64,000 nt of DNA from Actinomycetes bacterium (GCA_021791195.1 JAJYXB010000022.1:4063-68062); one strand, 5' to 3'; numbered from the stretch's first letter, positions 47,629 through 58,366 are shown. The notes: generated by a model from the sequence alone, not told the origin. Program-made: numbers and translations.

Positions 47629-48963
47629 ATGAGACAATTGCTGAAAATTATCAGGAGCAGGGTGTCTGCCGGGAGCGAGCGCGGCGTGGCGATGGTGTCG
47701 GTTGTGCTGACGTCCTCGGTATTGCTGATAATCGGTACGGGGATGTACTATGTCGCCAGCCGCGAAGGCACGATGTCGCAGGCGAACTATTCCGGCGGCC
47801 AGGCATTTTACTATGCCGAAGGCGGCCTGGAGAATGTCATGGACATCCTCAACTATGCCGCGACCGAATGGCAGCTGACGCAGCCGCGGGCTGACCAGAG
47901 CCCGGACGGCGTCGGCTATCTGATGGATCCCAATCCGGACTTGCGGCAGAACCCCACCAATCCCGTTCAGATGAAAATAGGCCGCCAGACCTACACCGTT
48001 TACGTGGATGAGGTAGACCAGTATGGCAACCACTGTGTCAATTGTGGCCTTGATCTTTCGGGCACCGCCCCTGCGTATCTGCAGATCACAGCCAAGGGGC
48101 AGTCCTCCGAAGGTTACCGCAAGCTGCAGCAGATGGTGAAGGTCCAGGGCACCGGATTTCCGCTTACCTTCTATGTCGACGGCGACGCCAATCTGAACGG
48201 CAACGTGGCCCTGACGAATGAGAGCATCTTTGTGCGCGGGAATTTTTATGGTCGTGACAAGCTCACCCTCACCGGCAACGATATGCAATACGGCGGGGCT
48301 GCCGGCGTCTTTGCCACCGGCTCCATCTACGCCAAGCAGAACGGCGGCAGCTCGCAGATCTATACTTCGGCAGGCGCTCCCAGCCGTTACTGGTCGAGCA
48401 ACGATGTCAATGACCGCGACAGCCGCGGTCCGGCCGGCAACAAGTTCTCTGTGACGCAGATGCAGAATTATTTCAACTATGCTGGGGGCCTGACCACGAA
48501 CCAGCTGGATATCCTCAAGAGTCAGGCGCAGACTTCCGGATATTACAACGGCAATCCCGGCAGCAAGGTCACCATCCAGCAGGATGACCTGCCCAACCGC
48601 AGCGGCGATGTCGTCGTCTATGTCGAGTTTCCTTCCGGCAATCCGATGAACAACAGCGTCGATCTCAAGTTCCAGTGGCCGATCAGCGGTGGCAGCGGCA
48701 AGGCGCTGATTGTCGTCAAGAACGGCAGCGTTACGCTGGAAGGCAGCTCTATCGGCAATCTGAACGGCGATATCTACTGTCCCGATGGCAGCGTTACGGC
48801 CAATGGCAGCGGCAACGGCGTCTTCACCGGGGCCATCTGGGGCAAGGGTTTGACCGACATCGGGAATTTCAACTTTGCCCTAAGCCAGCAATTCATGCAG
48901 GATCCGCCCTTCTATGCCTGGCAGGTAACCCGCCTGAGCAACTGGACCCAAGTGGATCAGTAG
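47629..48963 (+). CDS. PilX-N-like pilus-associated protein
   Basis: ...SERGVAMVSVVLTSSVLLIIGTGMYYVASRE...GQAFYYAEGGLENVMD. It has a hydrophobic N-terminus without Glu5. Confidence 0.72.
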   Translation: MRQLLKIIRSRVSAGSERGVAMVSVVLTSSVLLIIGTGMYYVASREGTMSQANYSGGQAFYYAEGGLENVMDILNYAATEWQLTQPRADQSPDGVGYLMDPNPDLRQNPTNPVQMKIGRQTYTVYVDEVDQYGNHCVNCGLDLSGTAPAYLQITAKGQSSEGYRKLQQMVKVQGTGFPLTFYVDGDANLNGNVALTNESIFVRGNFYGRDKLTLTGNDMQYGGAAGVFATGSIYAKQNGGSSQIYTSAGAPSRYWSSNDVNDRDSRGPAGNKFSVTQMQNYFNYAGGLTTNQLDILKSQAQTSGYYNGNPGSKVTIQQDDLPNRSGDVVVYVEFPSGNPMNNSVDLKFQWPISGGSGKALIVVKNGSVTLEGSSIGNLNGDIYCPDGSVTANGSGNGVFTGAIWGKGLTDIGNFNFALSQQFMQDPPFYAWQVTRLSNWTQVDQ

Positions 48964-48986
48964 CGGCTTCAGAAACGCGGGCTTGC

Positions 48987-49017
48987 GGGGCGGCGGCCGG
49001 AAAGCGCCGCCCCGTTT
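48987..49017 (+). terminator. candidate terminator after the pilus genes
   Basis: GGGGCGGCG-GCCGGAAAG-CGCCGCCCC followed by GTTTG. The T-tract is short. Confidence 0.5.
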
Positions 49018-49058
49018 GCGAAAAGAGGTTAACGGGCACTTGCGGCAAAAAAGATATC

Positions 49059-49700
49059 GTGACCAGACAGAAAATCTACGATATCTCGGTTCCCATCTTC
49101 GAGGGCATGCCTGTCTTTCCCGGGGATTCTGGCGTGCAGATAAAGCCGTTCCACCAGATCTCACAAGGTGATACGGCCAACCTGTCAGAGCTCAGGCTGG
49201 GCTCGCATGCCGGCACGCATGTCGATGCCCCCCTGCATTTCGTCGAGGGGGGAAAGAGTGTCGACCAGCTGCCGCTGGAAGTCCTGATAGGCGAGGCCAG
49301 GGTGCTCGACCTCACCGGGGTGGAGGGTCAGGTCGCGCCGGAGGATCTGAAGGCTGCTGGCATCGGTGCTGTCACCCGGGTGCTGCTCAAGACGGATAAT
49401 TCACAGCGGTTATGGCGGCAGCCTGGATTTTGCAAGGAATATGTATCGCTGTCAAATGACGCGGCGGATTTTCTGGTCGCGAGCGGAGTCCGGCTGATCG
49501 GGGTCGACTCCCTGTCGGTCGAGCGCTTTCATCCTGACGTCCACCATGTTCACGAGGTGCTGCTGGGCGCATCGGTAGTCGTGCTTGAAGGCGTCGATCT
49601 GGGCGGGGTGCCTGCCGGAGATTACCAGCTGGCCTGCCTGCCCCTCAAGATCAGAGGCGGCGACGGCGCGCCGGCCCGGGCGGTGCTGATCGAGCCCTGA
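49059..49700 (+). CDS. putative cyclase / kynurenine formamidase family protein
   Basis: IYDISVPI..GMPVFPGD...GSHAGTHVDAPLHF. An in-frame GTG at 49059 gives ~213 aa. The listed ORF start at 48675 lies inside the preceding pilus gene. Confidence 0.82.
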   Translation: MTRQKIYDISVPIFEGMPVFPGDSGVQIKPFHQISQGDTANLSELRLGSHAGTHVDAPLHFVEGGKSVDQLPLEVLIGEARVLDLTGVEGQVAPEDLKAAGIGAVTRVLLKTDNSQRLWRQPGFCKEYVSLSNDAADFLVASGVRLIGVDSLSVERFHPDVHHVHEVLLGASVVVLEGVDLGGVPAGDYQLACLPLKIRGGDGAPARAVLIEP

Positions 49701-49799
49701 CACCCGGCAGGCAATACCGGTAGAAATCCGGAGGTGGAAGCCTGAGCGGCAGAAGCCTGGCTGCGCCAGGTGGGCCCGGCACATAAGCCTGGCCCTGGC

Positions 49800-52025
49800 T
49801 TACGCGGTGACGATCGTCCGGACCCGCCCCGTCTTCTGCGTGACCACGAATGAAGTGACACCGCCGTCGCGGCGGAACTTGAGCGACAGCTTTTCCTTGC
49901 CGACGCGCAGATCCCTGATGTCAGCTTCCTTCAGCCAGGAGGGCAGCGAGGGCGAGTTGACGTACACGGTATTGGTGGGCGCGTCGGCTTCGATGCCAAG
50001 CATGGCCTGGAGGATCATGAAGATGGAGCCGGCTGCCCAGGCCTGAGGGCTGCAGGCGACCGGATAGTTGACCGGACGGCTGATCGAGCGCTTGGTGAAG
50101 CCGCAGAACAGTTCCGGCAGGCGGTAGTAATCATGGTGGAGCGCGGCCTCGAAGAGACCGGAGCTGACAGCGTTGGCTTCCCGGTCATACCCGTACTTTT
50201 TCAGGCCGCGGATGATGATGGCGTTATCATGCGGCCAGACGCTGCCATTGTGATAACTCATCGGATTGTAATTGATGGACGACTTGCTCAGTGTGCGGAT
50301 GCCCCAGCCGGAGAACATGTCAGGCAGCATTAGCCGCTCAACCATCTGCGCCGCCTTGTCTTCGTCGATGATCCGCGCCCAGAGGCCGTGCGCCGGGTTT
50401 GAAGTGACCGTTTTTACCGGCTTCTTGTCGCGGTCCAGCGCCATGGCAAAGTAGCCCTCGCGCGGCAGCCAGAAGACCTCGTTAAATCGCGCTTTCAGGG
50501 CCAGGGCCTGTTTGTCGAGGGCAGCCGCCCGTTCCGGGTCGCCCAGCAGCCCGAACAGCTGCGCCATCCGCCGCTTGGCATAGTAAACATATGCCTGCAC
50601 TTCTGACAAGGCGATCGGCGGCTGGGCCAGAGCGCCGTCGGTATGCACCACCGAGTTCCCGGAATCCTTCCAGCCCTGGTTGACAAGTCCGCGCCGGGAC
50701 CGGGTCTCATACTCGATGAAACCGTCGCCGTCGGCATCGCCATACTCATCGATCCACTCCAGCGCCTGATCGATGGCCCCGGTCATCGAGCGCGCGAACT
50801 CCAGGTCTCCCGTCCACTTGACGATATCGGAGATCATGATCAGGTAAAGAGCGGTGGAGTCGGCGCTGCCGAAGTATGGCGTATGGGGGATCGCCCTGAT
50901 ATTGGCCAGCTCGCCGCGCCTGACCTCATGGAAGATCTTGCCTGGTTCCTCATCCCGCCAGGGATCGACCGATTTGCCCTGCAGCTGCGTGAACACCTTG
51001 GCTGTTTCCATCGCGGGCTGCGCGTCCAGCATCATGGTCTGGAGGCAGGTGATGATCGTGTCGCGACCAAACGGGGTCACGAACCAGGGTACGCCGGCGC
51101 TTAAAAAGAAACCGAACTCGGTCTGCGTCGCCAGCATGCGGATGTCGCGCTGGCTGCTCCGCAGCACAGCGGTAAACAACTCGTTGTCAGTATCGATCTG
51201 GGCCGTGGACGCAAACCATTGCTCGTAACTCTTGCGCACCGTGCCGATCGCCTTGCTGAAATCCTCGCCGTTGGACGCTGGCGTGGTCGGCAGGAGGGGC
51301 TGCACTTCGAACCTGATCACGCGCCGCTCCAGCGGCTTTAGCTGGAAGCGGTAGATCGCCGTGGTGCCTTCGATTTTCGTCGGCGGCGTTTCCAGGCGGA
51401 TGTCAGTCTTGCGGAGGATGGCATCCAGGCCGTGGTATGCCAGCAGGATCGAATCCCCCGTCACCTTGGCTGCCAGCCGCGTGCCGTACTTGGTGCGCTT
51501 GGTGCCGCGCACTTCGAACATGTCGGCGAAGTCGGCGTCGAACTCGATCTCCACGGAGACATCGACCGGAAAGAGATTGTAGTTCTTGATCCGGATCAGC
51601 TCATAGAGCTTGCTGTTGATGACGCGGATGCGCCTGATGTTGATCGTTTCCTGGGGAACGACCATACCTTCGGGTGTCATGAAATCGGTGTTTGTGAGCT
51701 CGATCTGGCTCATGAAACCCCGGTCGGCGGTAGAGGACAGCAGCACCGGGCGCGAGCCGAACAGGCTCAGGTTAAACGCGCTCAGGAAACGGGTGTCCTG
51801 GTAATAGAGCCCCAGGCCCGAGGTGTCCTCGCGGGCGACATTGCCCTCGATGTCGCTGTAGAGGAAGAGTTCGCCTTCCTTGACGACCAGCTTCTCCTTC
51901 TTGACGTCAATGATGACGAACGGCTCGCCGCGCTCCAGTACGCGGCCGGAATCATCGCCGAGCACCTGGAAGTACTCGCCGCCGATCCTGATCTCGCGTT
52001 CGCCGTTGTTTTTAGAACCGGGCAT
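49800..52025 (-). CDS. amylo-alpha-1,6-glucosidase / glycogen-debranching-enzyme-like (GDE_N_bis plus GDE_C) protein
   Basis: GVPWFVTPFGRDTIIT... and a C-terminal (alpha/alpha)6 region ...HNGSVWPHDNA. Confidence 0.85.
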   Translation of the reverse strand: MPGSKNNGEREIRIGGEYFQVLGDDSGRVLERGEPFVIIDVKKEKLVVKEGELFLYSDIEGNVAREDTSGLGLYYQDTRFLSAFNLSLFGSRPVLLSSTADRGFMSQIELTNTDFMTPEGMVVPQETINIRRIRVINSKLYELIRIKNYNLFPVDVSVEIEFDADFADMFEVRGTKRTKYGTRLAAKVTGDSILLAYHGLDAILRKTDIRLETPPTKIEGTTAIYRFQLKPLERRVIRFEVQPLLPTTPASNGEDFSKAIGTVRKSYEQWFASTAQIDTDNELFTAVLRSSQRDIRMLATQTEFGFFLSAGVPWFVTPFGRDTIITCLQTMMLDAQPAMETAKVFTQLQGKSVDPWRDEEPGKIFHEVRRGELANIRAIPHTPYFGSADSTALYLIMISDIVKWTGDLEFARSMTGAIDQALEWIDEYGDADGDGFIEYETRSRRGLVNQGWKDSGNSVVHTDGALAQPPIALSEVQAYVYYAKRRMAQLFGLLGDPERAAALDKQALALKARFNEVFWLPREGYFAMALDRDKKPVKTVTSNPAHGLWARIIDEDKAAQMVERLMLPDMFSGWGIRTLSKSSINYNPMSYHNGSVWPHDNAIIIRGLKKYGYDREANAVSSGLFEAALHHDYYRLPELFCGFTKRSISRPVNYPVACSPQAWAAGSIFMILQAMLGIEADAPTNTVYVNSPSLPSWLKEADIRDLRVGKEKLSLKFRRDGGVTSFVVTQKTGRVRTIVTA

Positions 52026-52243
52026 GGTAATACGCTAGCACAATTTATCCGTTTTGCTTTTTTAAGACTTTTGATAGGATTAAAACATATTTTCCCCATA
52101 TTGGCCGGAAACAGAGGCGTCTCAGTTTCTTCAGTCGGTCTTGGAATATGTTTCAGGTAGCAGGGCATGCGGGTATCCGATAGGGCAACGCGTGCGGAAT
52201 GCAGGCCGTCACTGTTTCCAATGACAGTTTGAAAGGAGCCGAC

Positions 52244-53713
52244 GTGGATCTCAATCTAGTCTTAAAGGGCAAGGAAGTTTTCAGCCGCGCCAAGCACGAA
52301 GCGGCCGAGCGGGTTCTTAGCCAGTCTTTGAAGGTGCTGGCGAATTCCTCGGACAAGAATTACCAGCGGCTGGCGCAGGCTTTCGGCAAGCTTGCCGAAA
52401 GCAAGCAGCAACAGATGGTCGCCGACTGGATGCAGGGCTATCTGGCTCCAGGCAGCCCGGGCGTGGAATATTTCAACCGCCTGCTGGGCTCGGTCAATCC
52501 CAACGTCCGCAAGAACTACATCGCCAAGACCATCGTCAGCCTCTTTTTCCGCGATCCCAAGGTTTCAGCCAGGCTGATGGCCGAGGCGGGCATCAGTTCG
52601 CCGAATCTGATCGTCATCTCTCCCAGCATGCGCTGCAACATCAGCTGTGTGGGATGCTACGCGGGCAACTACACCAAGGCCGACGACCTGGATCCGGAGA
52701 TCGCCGACCGCGTCATCACCGAGGCCAAGGAGCTCGGCATCCGCTTCTTCGTCATCACCGGCGGCGAGCCGTTCTTTTACAAGCCGCTGCTGGGATTGAT
52801 CGAAAAGCACAGCGATGTTTCCTTCCAGGTGTATACGAACGGTACGCTCATCGACGAGGAGATGGCCGACCGCATCGTCGAGCTGGGCAACGTCGCTCCC
52901 GCCATCAGCATCGAGGGTTTTCAGAAAGAGACGGATGAGCGGCGCGGGCCGGGCACCTTCGACAAGGTCATGCGGGCGATGGACAACCTGCGCGAGCGGG
53001 GAGCGGTGTTCGCATTCAGCACGACGGCGTCGCGCAAGAACATCGATACGATCACCAGCGACGAGTTCGCGCAGATGATGATCGACAAGGGCTGCGCCTA
53101 CGGCTGGTATTTCTCATATATCCCGATTGGAAAATCGCCGGATCTGGCATACATGCCTTCGCCGAAGGAGCGCAACAGGCTGCGCGAGGGCGTCAACCGC
53201 ATCCGCAGGGAGCTGCCGATCCTGGTGGCGGATTTCTGGAATGACGGCACGCTGACAGGCGGCTGCCTGGCGGCGGGCCGCAAGTATCTGCACATCAACA
53301 ACCGCGGCGACGTGGAGCCCTGCGTTTTCTGCCATTTCGCGACAGACAATATCAAGGAAGTCACGTTGCTGGAGGCGATCAGGTCGCCGTTCTTCCAGTC
53401 GATCCGCAAAAAGCAGCCGTTCGGGCACAACCTCTTGCGGCCGTGTCCGATCATCGATCATCCCGCGGTCCTGCGCGAGGCCGTGGAGAAGCACGGCGCT
53501 TACGCCACGCATGAAGGCGCCGAGAGCGTCATCGGCGAGCTGCGCGAAGGTCTGGATGACTATGCCAGGAGTCTGGAAGCCGTCACTGACAAGGTCTGGA
53601 AGCAAGACTACAAGTGGGCTGAGGACTGGCTCGACAAGGACCAGAAAGAAGCGGCGGACAGGGCGGAAAAGCTGTGCAGCCGCGGGCTGGCGTCCGAGCG
53701 GACGCCGGCGTAA
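52244..53713 (+). CDS. radical SAM protein
   Basis: CNISCVGCYAGNY (CX3CX2C), GGEPF and a C-terminal Cys cluster GGCLA...EPCVFCHF...RPCPI. The GTG at 52244 follows AAAGGAG; the listed ATG is at 52199. Confidence 0.85.
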   Translation: MDLNLVLKGKEVFSRAKHEAAERVLSQSLKVLANSSDKNYQRLAQAFGKLAESKQQQMVADWMQGYLAPGSPGVEYFNRLLGSVNPNVRKNYIAKTIVSLFFRDPKVSARLMAEAGISSPNLIVISPSMRCNISCVGCYAGNYTKADDLDPEIADRVITEAKELGIRFFVITGGEPFFYKPLLGLIEKHSDVSFQVYTNGTLIDEEMADRIVELGNVAPAISIEGFQKETDERRGPGTFDKVMRAMDNLRERGAVFAFSTTASRKNIDTITSDEFAQMMIDKGCAYGWYFSYIPIGKSPDLAYMPSPKERNRLREGVNRIRRELPILVADFWNDGTLTGGCLAAGRKYLHINNRGDVEPCVFCHFATDNIKEVTLLEAIRSPFFQSIRKKQPFGHNLLRPCPIIDHPAVLREAVEKHGAYATHEGAESVIGELREGLDDYARSLEAVTDKVWKQDYKWAEDWLDKDQKEAADRAEKLCSRGLASERTPA

Positions 53714-53768
53714 ATCCACGGCGATAACTGTATAATCGGGCGGGACCGCGAGGTTCCGCCCTTTTTGC

Positions 53769-55502
53769 ATGGATAAAAAAAGCCTTCACAGCCAGGAAAT
53801 GAGATGGGGACCGGAGATCGACGCCCTCCGGATCGGTTGCGGCTGGGCGCCGGAGGATCTGGGCAAACCGTGGCTGCTGGTGGAAAGCACCGCCGGTGAC
53901 TCCCATCCCGGCAGCGTGCATCTGGCCGGGCTGGCCGGCGAGGCCGCGGTGGGCGCGCGAGCCGCCGGGCTGGCCGCGGGCCGCTATTATTGCACCGACA
54001 TGTGCGACGGCATCGCCCAGGGGACGGAAGCGATGTCTCTTTCGCTGGCTTCCCGGGAGCTGATTGCGATGGCCGTCGAGCTGCACATGGCATCAGGGCA
54101 TTTCGACGGCTGGGTGGCTGTATCTGGCTGCGACAAGGCGGTCCCGGCGCACCTGCTGGCTGCGGCCCGCCTCGGCAGGCCGGCGGTATTCATGCCCGGC
54201 GGCGTCATGCGCACCGGTGGCGGCGATGTCACTGTGGACCGTCTGGCGGAGCTCTACGCGCGCCTGAAGCGGGGACAGATCAGCGAGGCAGAATACCGTT
54301 CGCGCGCCTTGACCGCGGTTCCCTGCGCCGGCGCCTGCAATTTTCTGGGAACTGCCGTGACCATGCAGATCATGGCTGAGGCGCTGGGGATGGCGCCGCC
54401 CGGATCGGCGTGCTGCCCGACCGAATCTCCTGAGCACCCCGGCTTTGCCCGCCGGTCGGGAGAGCTGGCGGCGGCGCTGATCGCCGGCGATGTCACCCCG
54501 GCGCAGATCGTCACGCCGGCGGCGCTGCGCAACGCTCTGGTAGTACATGCGGCCATCGGCGGCTCCACGAACGCCATGCTGCATCTGCCAGCGCTGGCGG
54601 CCGAGCTGGGGCTGGAGTTCGACTGGGATGACGTCAGACGGATCAACGCCTCGGTGCCCTGGATCCTCAACCTGAGGCCGTCCGGAGAGTATACGGCTGA
54701 CCTGTTCTGGCACGCGGGAGGTGTGCCGGCGCTGATGGACGGCATCCGGAGCTATCTTGACCTGGGCGTGCTCACGGTCACCGGCCGGACCCTGGGCGAG
54801 AATCTGGAGCTCTGGCGGCGCCAGACCGGCCCGGTAGCGGGAGCCAGGCATCTGGAGTCCTTCGGGCTGAAGGCGGACGACATCATCCGTCCGGTGGACC
54901 GTCCGATGAGCCGGTGTGGGGCGCTGTCGGTGCTTGCGGGCAATCTCGCCCCGGGGATGGCGGTGGCCAAGCGCTCGGCCGTGGCGCCGGCGATGCTGAG
55001 CTTCGAAGGCCGGGCGCGGGTTTTCGACGGCCAGCAGGCGGCGCTGGCGGCGGCGCTCTCCGGTTCGGTGAAGCCGGGCGACGCCCTGGTGGTGCGCTAT
55101 GAAGGCCCCCGCGCCAGCGGCATGCCGGAGATGTTTTATCTGACCGCGGCTCTGGCCGCCGACGAGGAACTGAACCGAAGCGTCGCCCTGGTCACCGACG
55201 GGCGCTTCTCGGGCGCCACCAGGGGGCCCTGCGTTGGCCACGTCAGTCCCGAGGCGGCCGTCGGTGGTCCGATCGCCGCAGTGCGGGACGGCGATCTGAT
55301 CAGGATCAACATGGAAGAAGGCGCCATCGATCTGGTGGGGGCCGCGGGCAAGAGGTTGCCGCCCCAGGAAATCCCGAAACTCATCGATGAGCGCCTGTCC
55401 GGGGTCAGCTCCCCGTGGCAGCCGCCGCCGCGTCAGGGCCTGCTGGCGCTTTATACCCGCTTCGCCGGCCCGGCCGAGCGCGGCGCCCGGATCGAGCTTT
55501 AG
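53769..55502 (+). CDS. IlvD/Edd family dehydratase
   Basis: CTDMCDGIAQG, SGCDKAVPA and C-terminal ...TDGRFSGAT.GPCVGHVSPEA. The substrate cannot be assigned from sequence. Confidence 0.85.
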   Translation: MDKKSLHSQEMRWGPEIDALRIGCGWAPEDLGKPWLLVESTAGDSHPGSVHLAGLAGEAAVGARAAGLAAGRYYCTDMCDGIAQGTEAMSLSLASRELIAMAVELHMASGHFDGWVAVSGCDKAVPAHLLAAARLGRPAVFMPGGVMRTGGGDVTVDRLAELYARLKRGQISEAEYRSRALTAVPCAGACNFLGTAVTMQIMAEALGMAPPGSACCPTESPEHPGFARRSGELAAALIAGDVTPAQIVTPAALRNALVVHAAIGGSTNAMLHLPALAAELGLEFDWDDVRRINASVPWILNLRPSGEYTADLFWHAGGVPALMDGIRSYLDLGVLTVTGRTLGENLELWRRQTGPVAGARHLESFGLKADDIIRPVDRPMSRCGALSVLAGNLAPGMAVAKRSAVAPAMLSFEGRARVFDGQQAALAAALSGSVKPGDALVVRYEGPRASGMPEMFYLTAALAADEELNRSVALVTDGRFSGATRGPCVGHVSPEAAVGGPIAAVRDGDLIRINMEEGAIDLVGAAGKRLPPQEIPKLIDERLSGVSSPWQPPPRQGLLALYTRFAGPAERGARIEL

Positions 55503-55645
55503 GGCCGCCAGCTCGTTTCATCCCAGCCTGGCAGCGATGCCTTCGCCGTGGCTGGGCACATGTCTTCGCCGCTACCCGATTCAGCCGACGCCCGGTACTT
55601 GCCGAAGCTTTAATTAGCATGATCTATTGAATCCGGGCATTTGAG

Positions 55646-58201
55646 ATGAATACGCACCAGCTGCTTACGTGGAAACGCCACTTTCATTTATATCGGGCGG
55701 CAACCGGTTCACCGGGTGACGAAGGTTACGGGTCGCCGGGCGCTGCTCCCGATGCCGGGAAAAAGTGGAGATTAAGGATAGGCCGCGGCCGGAAGGCCAA
55801 GCGCGCCGCAATCGGCGTCGGCCATCATGTCGACTTCAAGGAACAGACGCGTCAGAAAAGCATCAGGTTGATGTGGGACTTGATTGTGGTCTTCCTCGTT
55901 TTTGCCGTCGCTCTGATATTCGCCTCCGTTTTCGACCTGCACGGGATGTTCGAGGCCGCCTCCGTACAGTTAAAAAGCAGTCCCATCCAGTACGACGAAA
56001 TCATTGTCGCGCTCGGTTTCATGGCAGCGGCGCTCAGCGCGTTCGCCGTACGCCGCTGGCGCGAGCTGGAGGTCGAGATCGACGGGCGCCTGGATGTCGA
56101 GGACGCGCTGAAGGAAAGTGAAGTGCGCTACCGGACGCTGGCGGAGGCAGCGCAGGATTTCATCTTCATCCTCGGACGCGACGGACGCATCCGGTACGTC
56201 AACAGCTTCGCCGCCTCCCAGCTGGGTATGCCCGCCGACCGGCTGGTTGACAAAAAAGTCGGCGAGGTGTTCCCCACCGATGTTTCCGGGCTGGACGAGG
56301 CCGATCTGAGGCAGGTGTTTGAAAACCATCATCCATTGCGGCTGGAGGCGCCGGTTGTCCTTTCCGGGAAGGAAACATGGCAGAGCATGTCGCTGGTTCC
56401 CATCTTCGACGAGGCTGGCCGCGTGGACACGATCCTGGGGATCTCCCGCGACGTCACCGAGCGCCGGCAGGCCGAGACGGAGTTGAAACAGGCTCATGAC
56501 GGCCTGGAGGTGACCGTAGCGGAGCGCACCGCCGAACTCGAGAGCCTGAACCAAAAGCTGGAGACCGAACTGGATGAGCGCCGCCTCGCCGAAGACAGCC
56601 TGCATGCTGTCAACCGGGCATTGCGGACGGCCATGGCTTCGAATCATGCCCTGGTCAGCGCCAGCGCCGAACCGGAGCTGCTGAGGCAGATCTGCCGGGC
56701 GGTGGTGGAGGCCGGCGGGTATCAGTTCGCCTGGGTCGGATTCGCCGTCGATGACCCGGAGAAGACGATCAGGCCGGTGGCAACCGCCGGCTACGAGAAA
56801 GGTTATCTGGAAGCCACCCGCAGCACCTGGGATGACAGCGCTCTCGGCCGCGGGCCGAGCGGCAAGGCGATCAGGAGCGGGCTGCCGAGTGTGGTCCGGG
56901 ATGTGGACAGCGACTCTGACTTCCGTCCCTGGCGGCAGGCTTCGACTGCCCGGGGATTCGCGTCGGTGGTGGCCCTGCCGCTGGGCCTCGCTGAGCACAA
57001 ATATGGCGTTCTGAACATCTATTCATCCGACCATGATGCTTTTGATGATGGAGAAGTGGCGTTGTTGAGTGAGCTGGCGGGCGATCTTTCCTACGGCCTG
57101 GAGGCGCTCAGGACCAGGGGAGAGCGTGATCAGCAGGCGTTGACGCTCAGAAGGACGGGGGAGCAGCTTTCGCTGCTGGTCGAGTCGCTGCCGATCATTT
57201 TTTATACCAGCGAAGCAGAGGGCGATTTCGGGATCACCTATGTGAGCAACAACGTCCGCGAGCTGGCGGGCTACAGGCCGGCGCAGATCACCGGTGACCC
57301 GGTCTTCTGGGTCGACCGCATCCATCCCGATGACGCGCCGCGGATCTTTGAGGAATCGCACAGGGTATTCGACCAGCATCTGCATGAATATGAATACCGC
57401 TGGCGGACGGCGGGAGGGACTTACAAATGGTTTCTGGATGTCCACCGACTGGTCAAATCCCCCGATGGCTCCGGAGACACATATATCGTAGGCATGTGGC
57501 TGGATATTTCCGCCCGCAAGAGCGGCGAGGAAGCGCTCCTGAAGGTCAAGGAGGGTCTGGAGCTGGACGTGGCCACCCGCGAAGAGCAGCTGCATCAGGC
57601 CGAGGCGACGCTGGCCGAGCGGGAGCGTGAGCTCGGTCAGGCCAGGACAAATACCCGCCTGCTGGCCGGCATGGAGGAAATGCTGCAAAGCTGCCTGGCG
57701 GTTCCGGAAGCGTTTGGCGTTTTCTCACATTACGCGTCGGAGCTCATGCCGGCCAGTTCGGGAGCCGTTTACATGCTCGACCCTGACAGCGGCCGGTTCA
57801 ATGTCGGTGGCGAGTGGGGGGAAAATCCTCCCAAGTCGCGCACGTTCGCGTCCGACGATTGCTGGTCCCTCAGGCAGCAGCGGCCACACGTGGTCATGGA
57901 AAAAACGGGGGGGACGCGCTGCCGGCACGCGGATTCTGAGAATGCATACGCCTGCATCCCGATGAAAGCAGGCGGCCGGCGGATCGGCCTGATCAGCATG
58001 ACCGTGGACGCAGCCGCGCGGTCGGAGGAGGAAGTGCAGAGCCGGATGCAGCTGGCTCAGGAGGCGGCGGAGCATCTGGGCGCGACGCTCTACAATCTGA
58101 AACTGCGCGAAATGCTGCTTAGCTCCGCGGCCGGAGACCCGTTCGAATGCTCGCGCCCGCAGCCGGGATCTTTGGAAAAGGGTTTTCGGGCCGCGGGTTG
58201 A
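55646..58201 (+). CDS. membrane-anchored PAS-GAF-PAS-GAF sensor protein without recognisable output domain
   Basis: Two TM segments. PAS domains (FIFILGRDGRIRYVN...DVTERRQAE and IIFYTSEAEGDFGITYVS...WLDISARK). A GAF domain (YQFAWVGF...VLNIYSS). A second GAF-like C-terminal domain. The start is uncertain. Confidence 0.78.
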   Translation: MNTHQLLTWKRHFHLYRAATGSPGDEGYGSPGAAPDAGKKWRLRIGRGRKAKRAAIGVGHHVDFKEQTRQKSIRLMWDLIVVFLVFAVALIFASVFDLHGMFEAASVQLKSSPIQYDEIIVALGFMAAALSAFAVRRWRELEVEIDGRLDVEDALKESEVRYRTLAEAAQDFIFILGRDGRIRYVNSFAASQLGMPADRLVDKKVGEVFPTDVSGLDEADLRQVFENHHPLRLEAPVVLSGKETWQSMSLVPIFDEAGRVDTILGISRDVTERRQAETELKQAHDGLEVTVAERTAELESLNQKLETELDERRLAEDSLHAVNRALRTAMASNHALVSASAEPELLRQICRAVVEAGGYQFAWVGFAVDDPEKTIRPVATAGYEKGYLEATRSTWDDSALGRGPSGKAIRSGLPSVVRDVDSDSDFRPWRQASTARGFASVVALPLGLAEHKYGVLNIYSSDHDAFDDGEVALLSELAGDLSYGLEALRTRGERDQQALTLRRTGEQLSLLVESLPIIFYTSEAEGDFGITYVSNNVRELAGYRPAQITGDPVFWVDRIHPDDAPRIFEESHRVFDQHLHEYEYRWRTAGGTYKWFLDVHRLVKSPDGSGDTYIVGMWLDISARKSGEEALLKVKEGLELDVATREEQLHQAEATLAERERELGQARTNTRLLAGMEEMLQSCLAVPEAFGVFSHYASELMPASSGAVYMLDPDSGRFNVGGEWGENPPKSRTFASDDCWSLRQQRPHVVMEKTGGTRCRHADSENAYACIPMKAGGRRIGLISMTVDAAARSEEEVQSRMQLAQEAAEHLGATLYNLKLREMLLSSAAGDPFECSRPQPGSLEKGFRAAG

Positions 58202-58310
58202 AAATGAAGCTCGAAGCATCGGTACGGGCTCACATCTGCGGCTTGCGGGCAGCCATGTTGCTGCCTGGCAGGGCGGAGTCGCAGTCGTGGGGAGGCAGGG
58301 CAGGGATTTG

Positions 58311-58340
58311 GGGCAGGGCCTCAGGTCCCCGCCCTTTTTA
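58311..58340 (+). terminator. terminator between convergent sensor and thr-operon genes
   Basis: GGGCAGGG-CCTCAGGT-CCCCGCCC (one A.C mismatch) followed by TTTTTA. Confidence 0.5.
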
Positions 58341-58366
58341 ATCGCCAGGGTTCAGACGATCCGGAT

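Noticed and set aside
48675-49058. 128-codon N-terminal extension of the cyclase ORF.
   Set aside because: It lies out of frame inside the preceding pilus gene and runs through the terminator-like hairpin at 48987. The family length fits a GTG start at 49059.
58140-58366. Possibility that the sensor lost a GGDEF or kinase output domain by frameshift.
   Set aside because: None of the three forward frames in the 165 nt before the next gene shows GGDEF, HisKA or PP2C-like sequence. There is simply no room for a domain.
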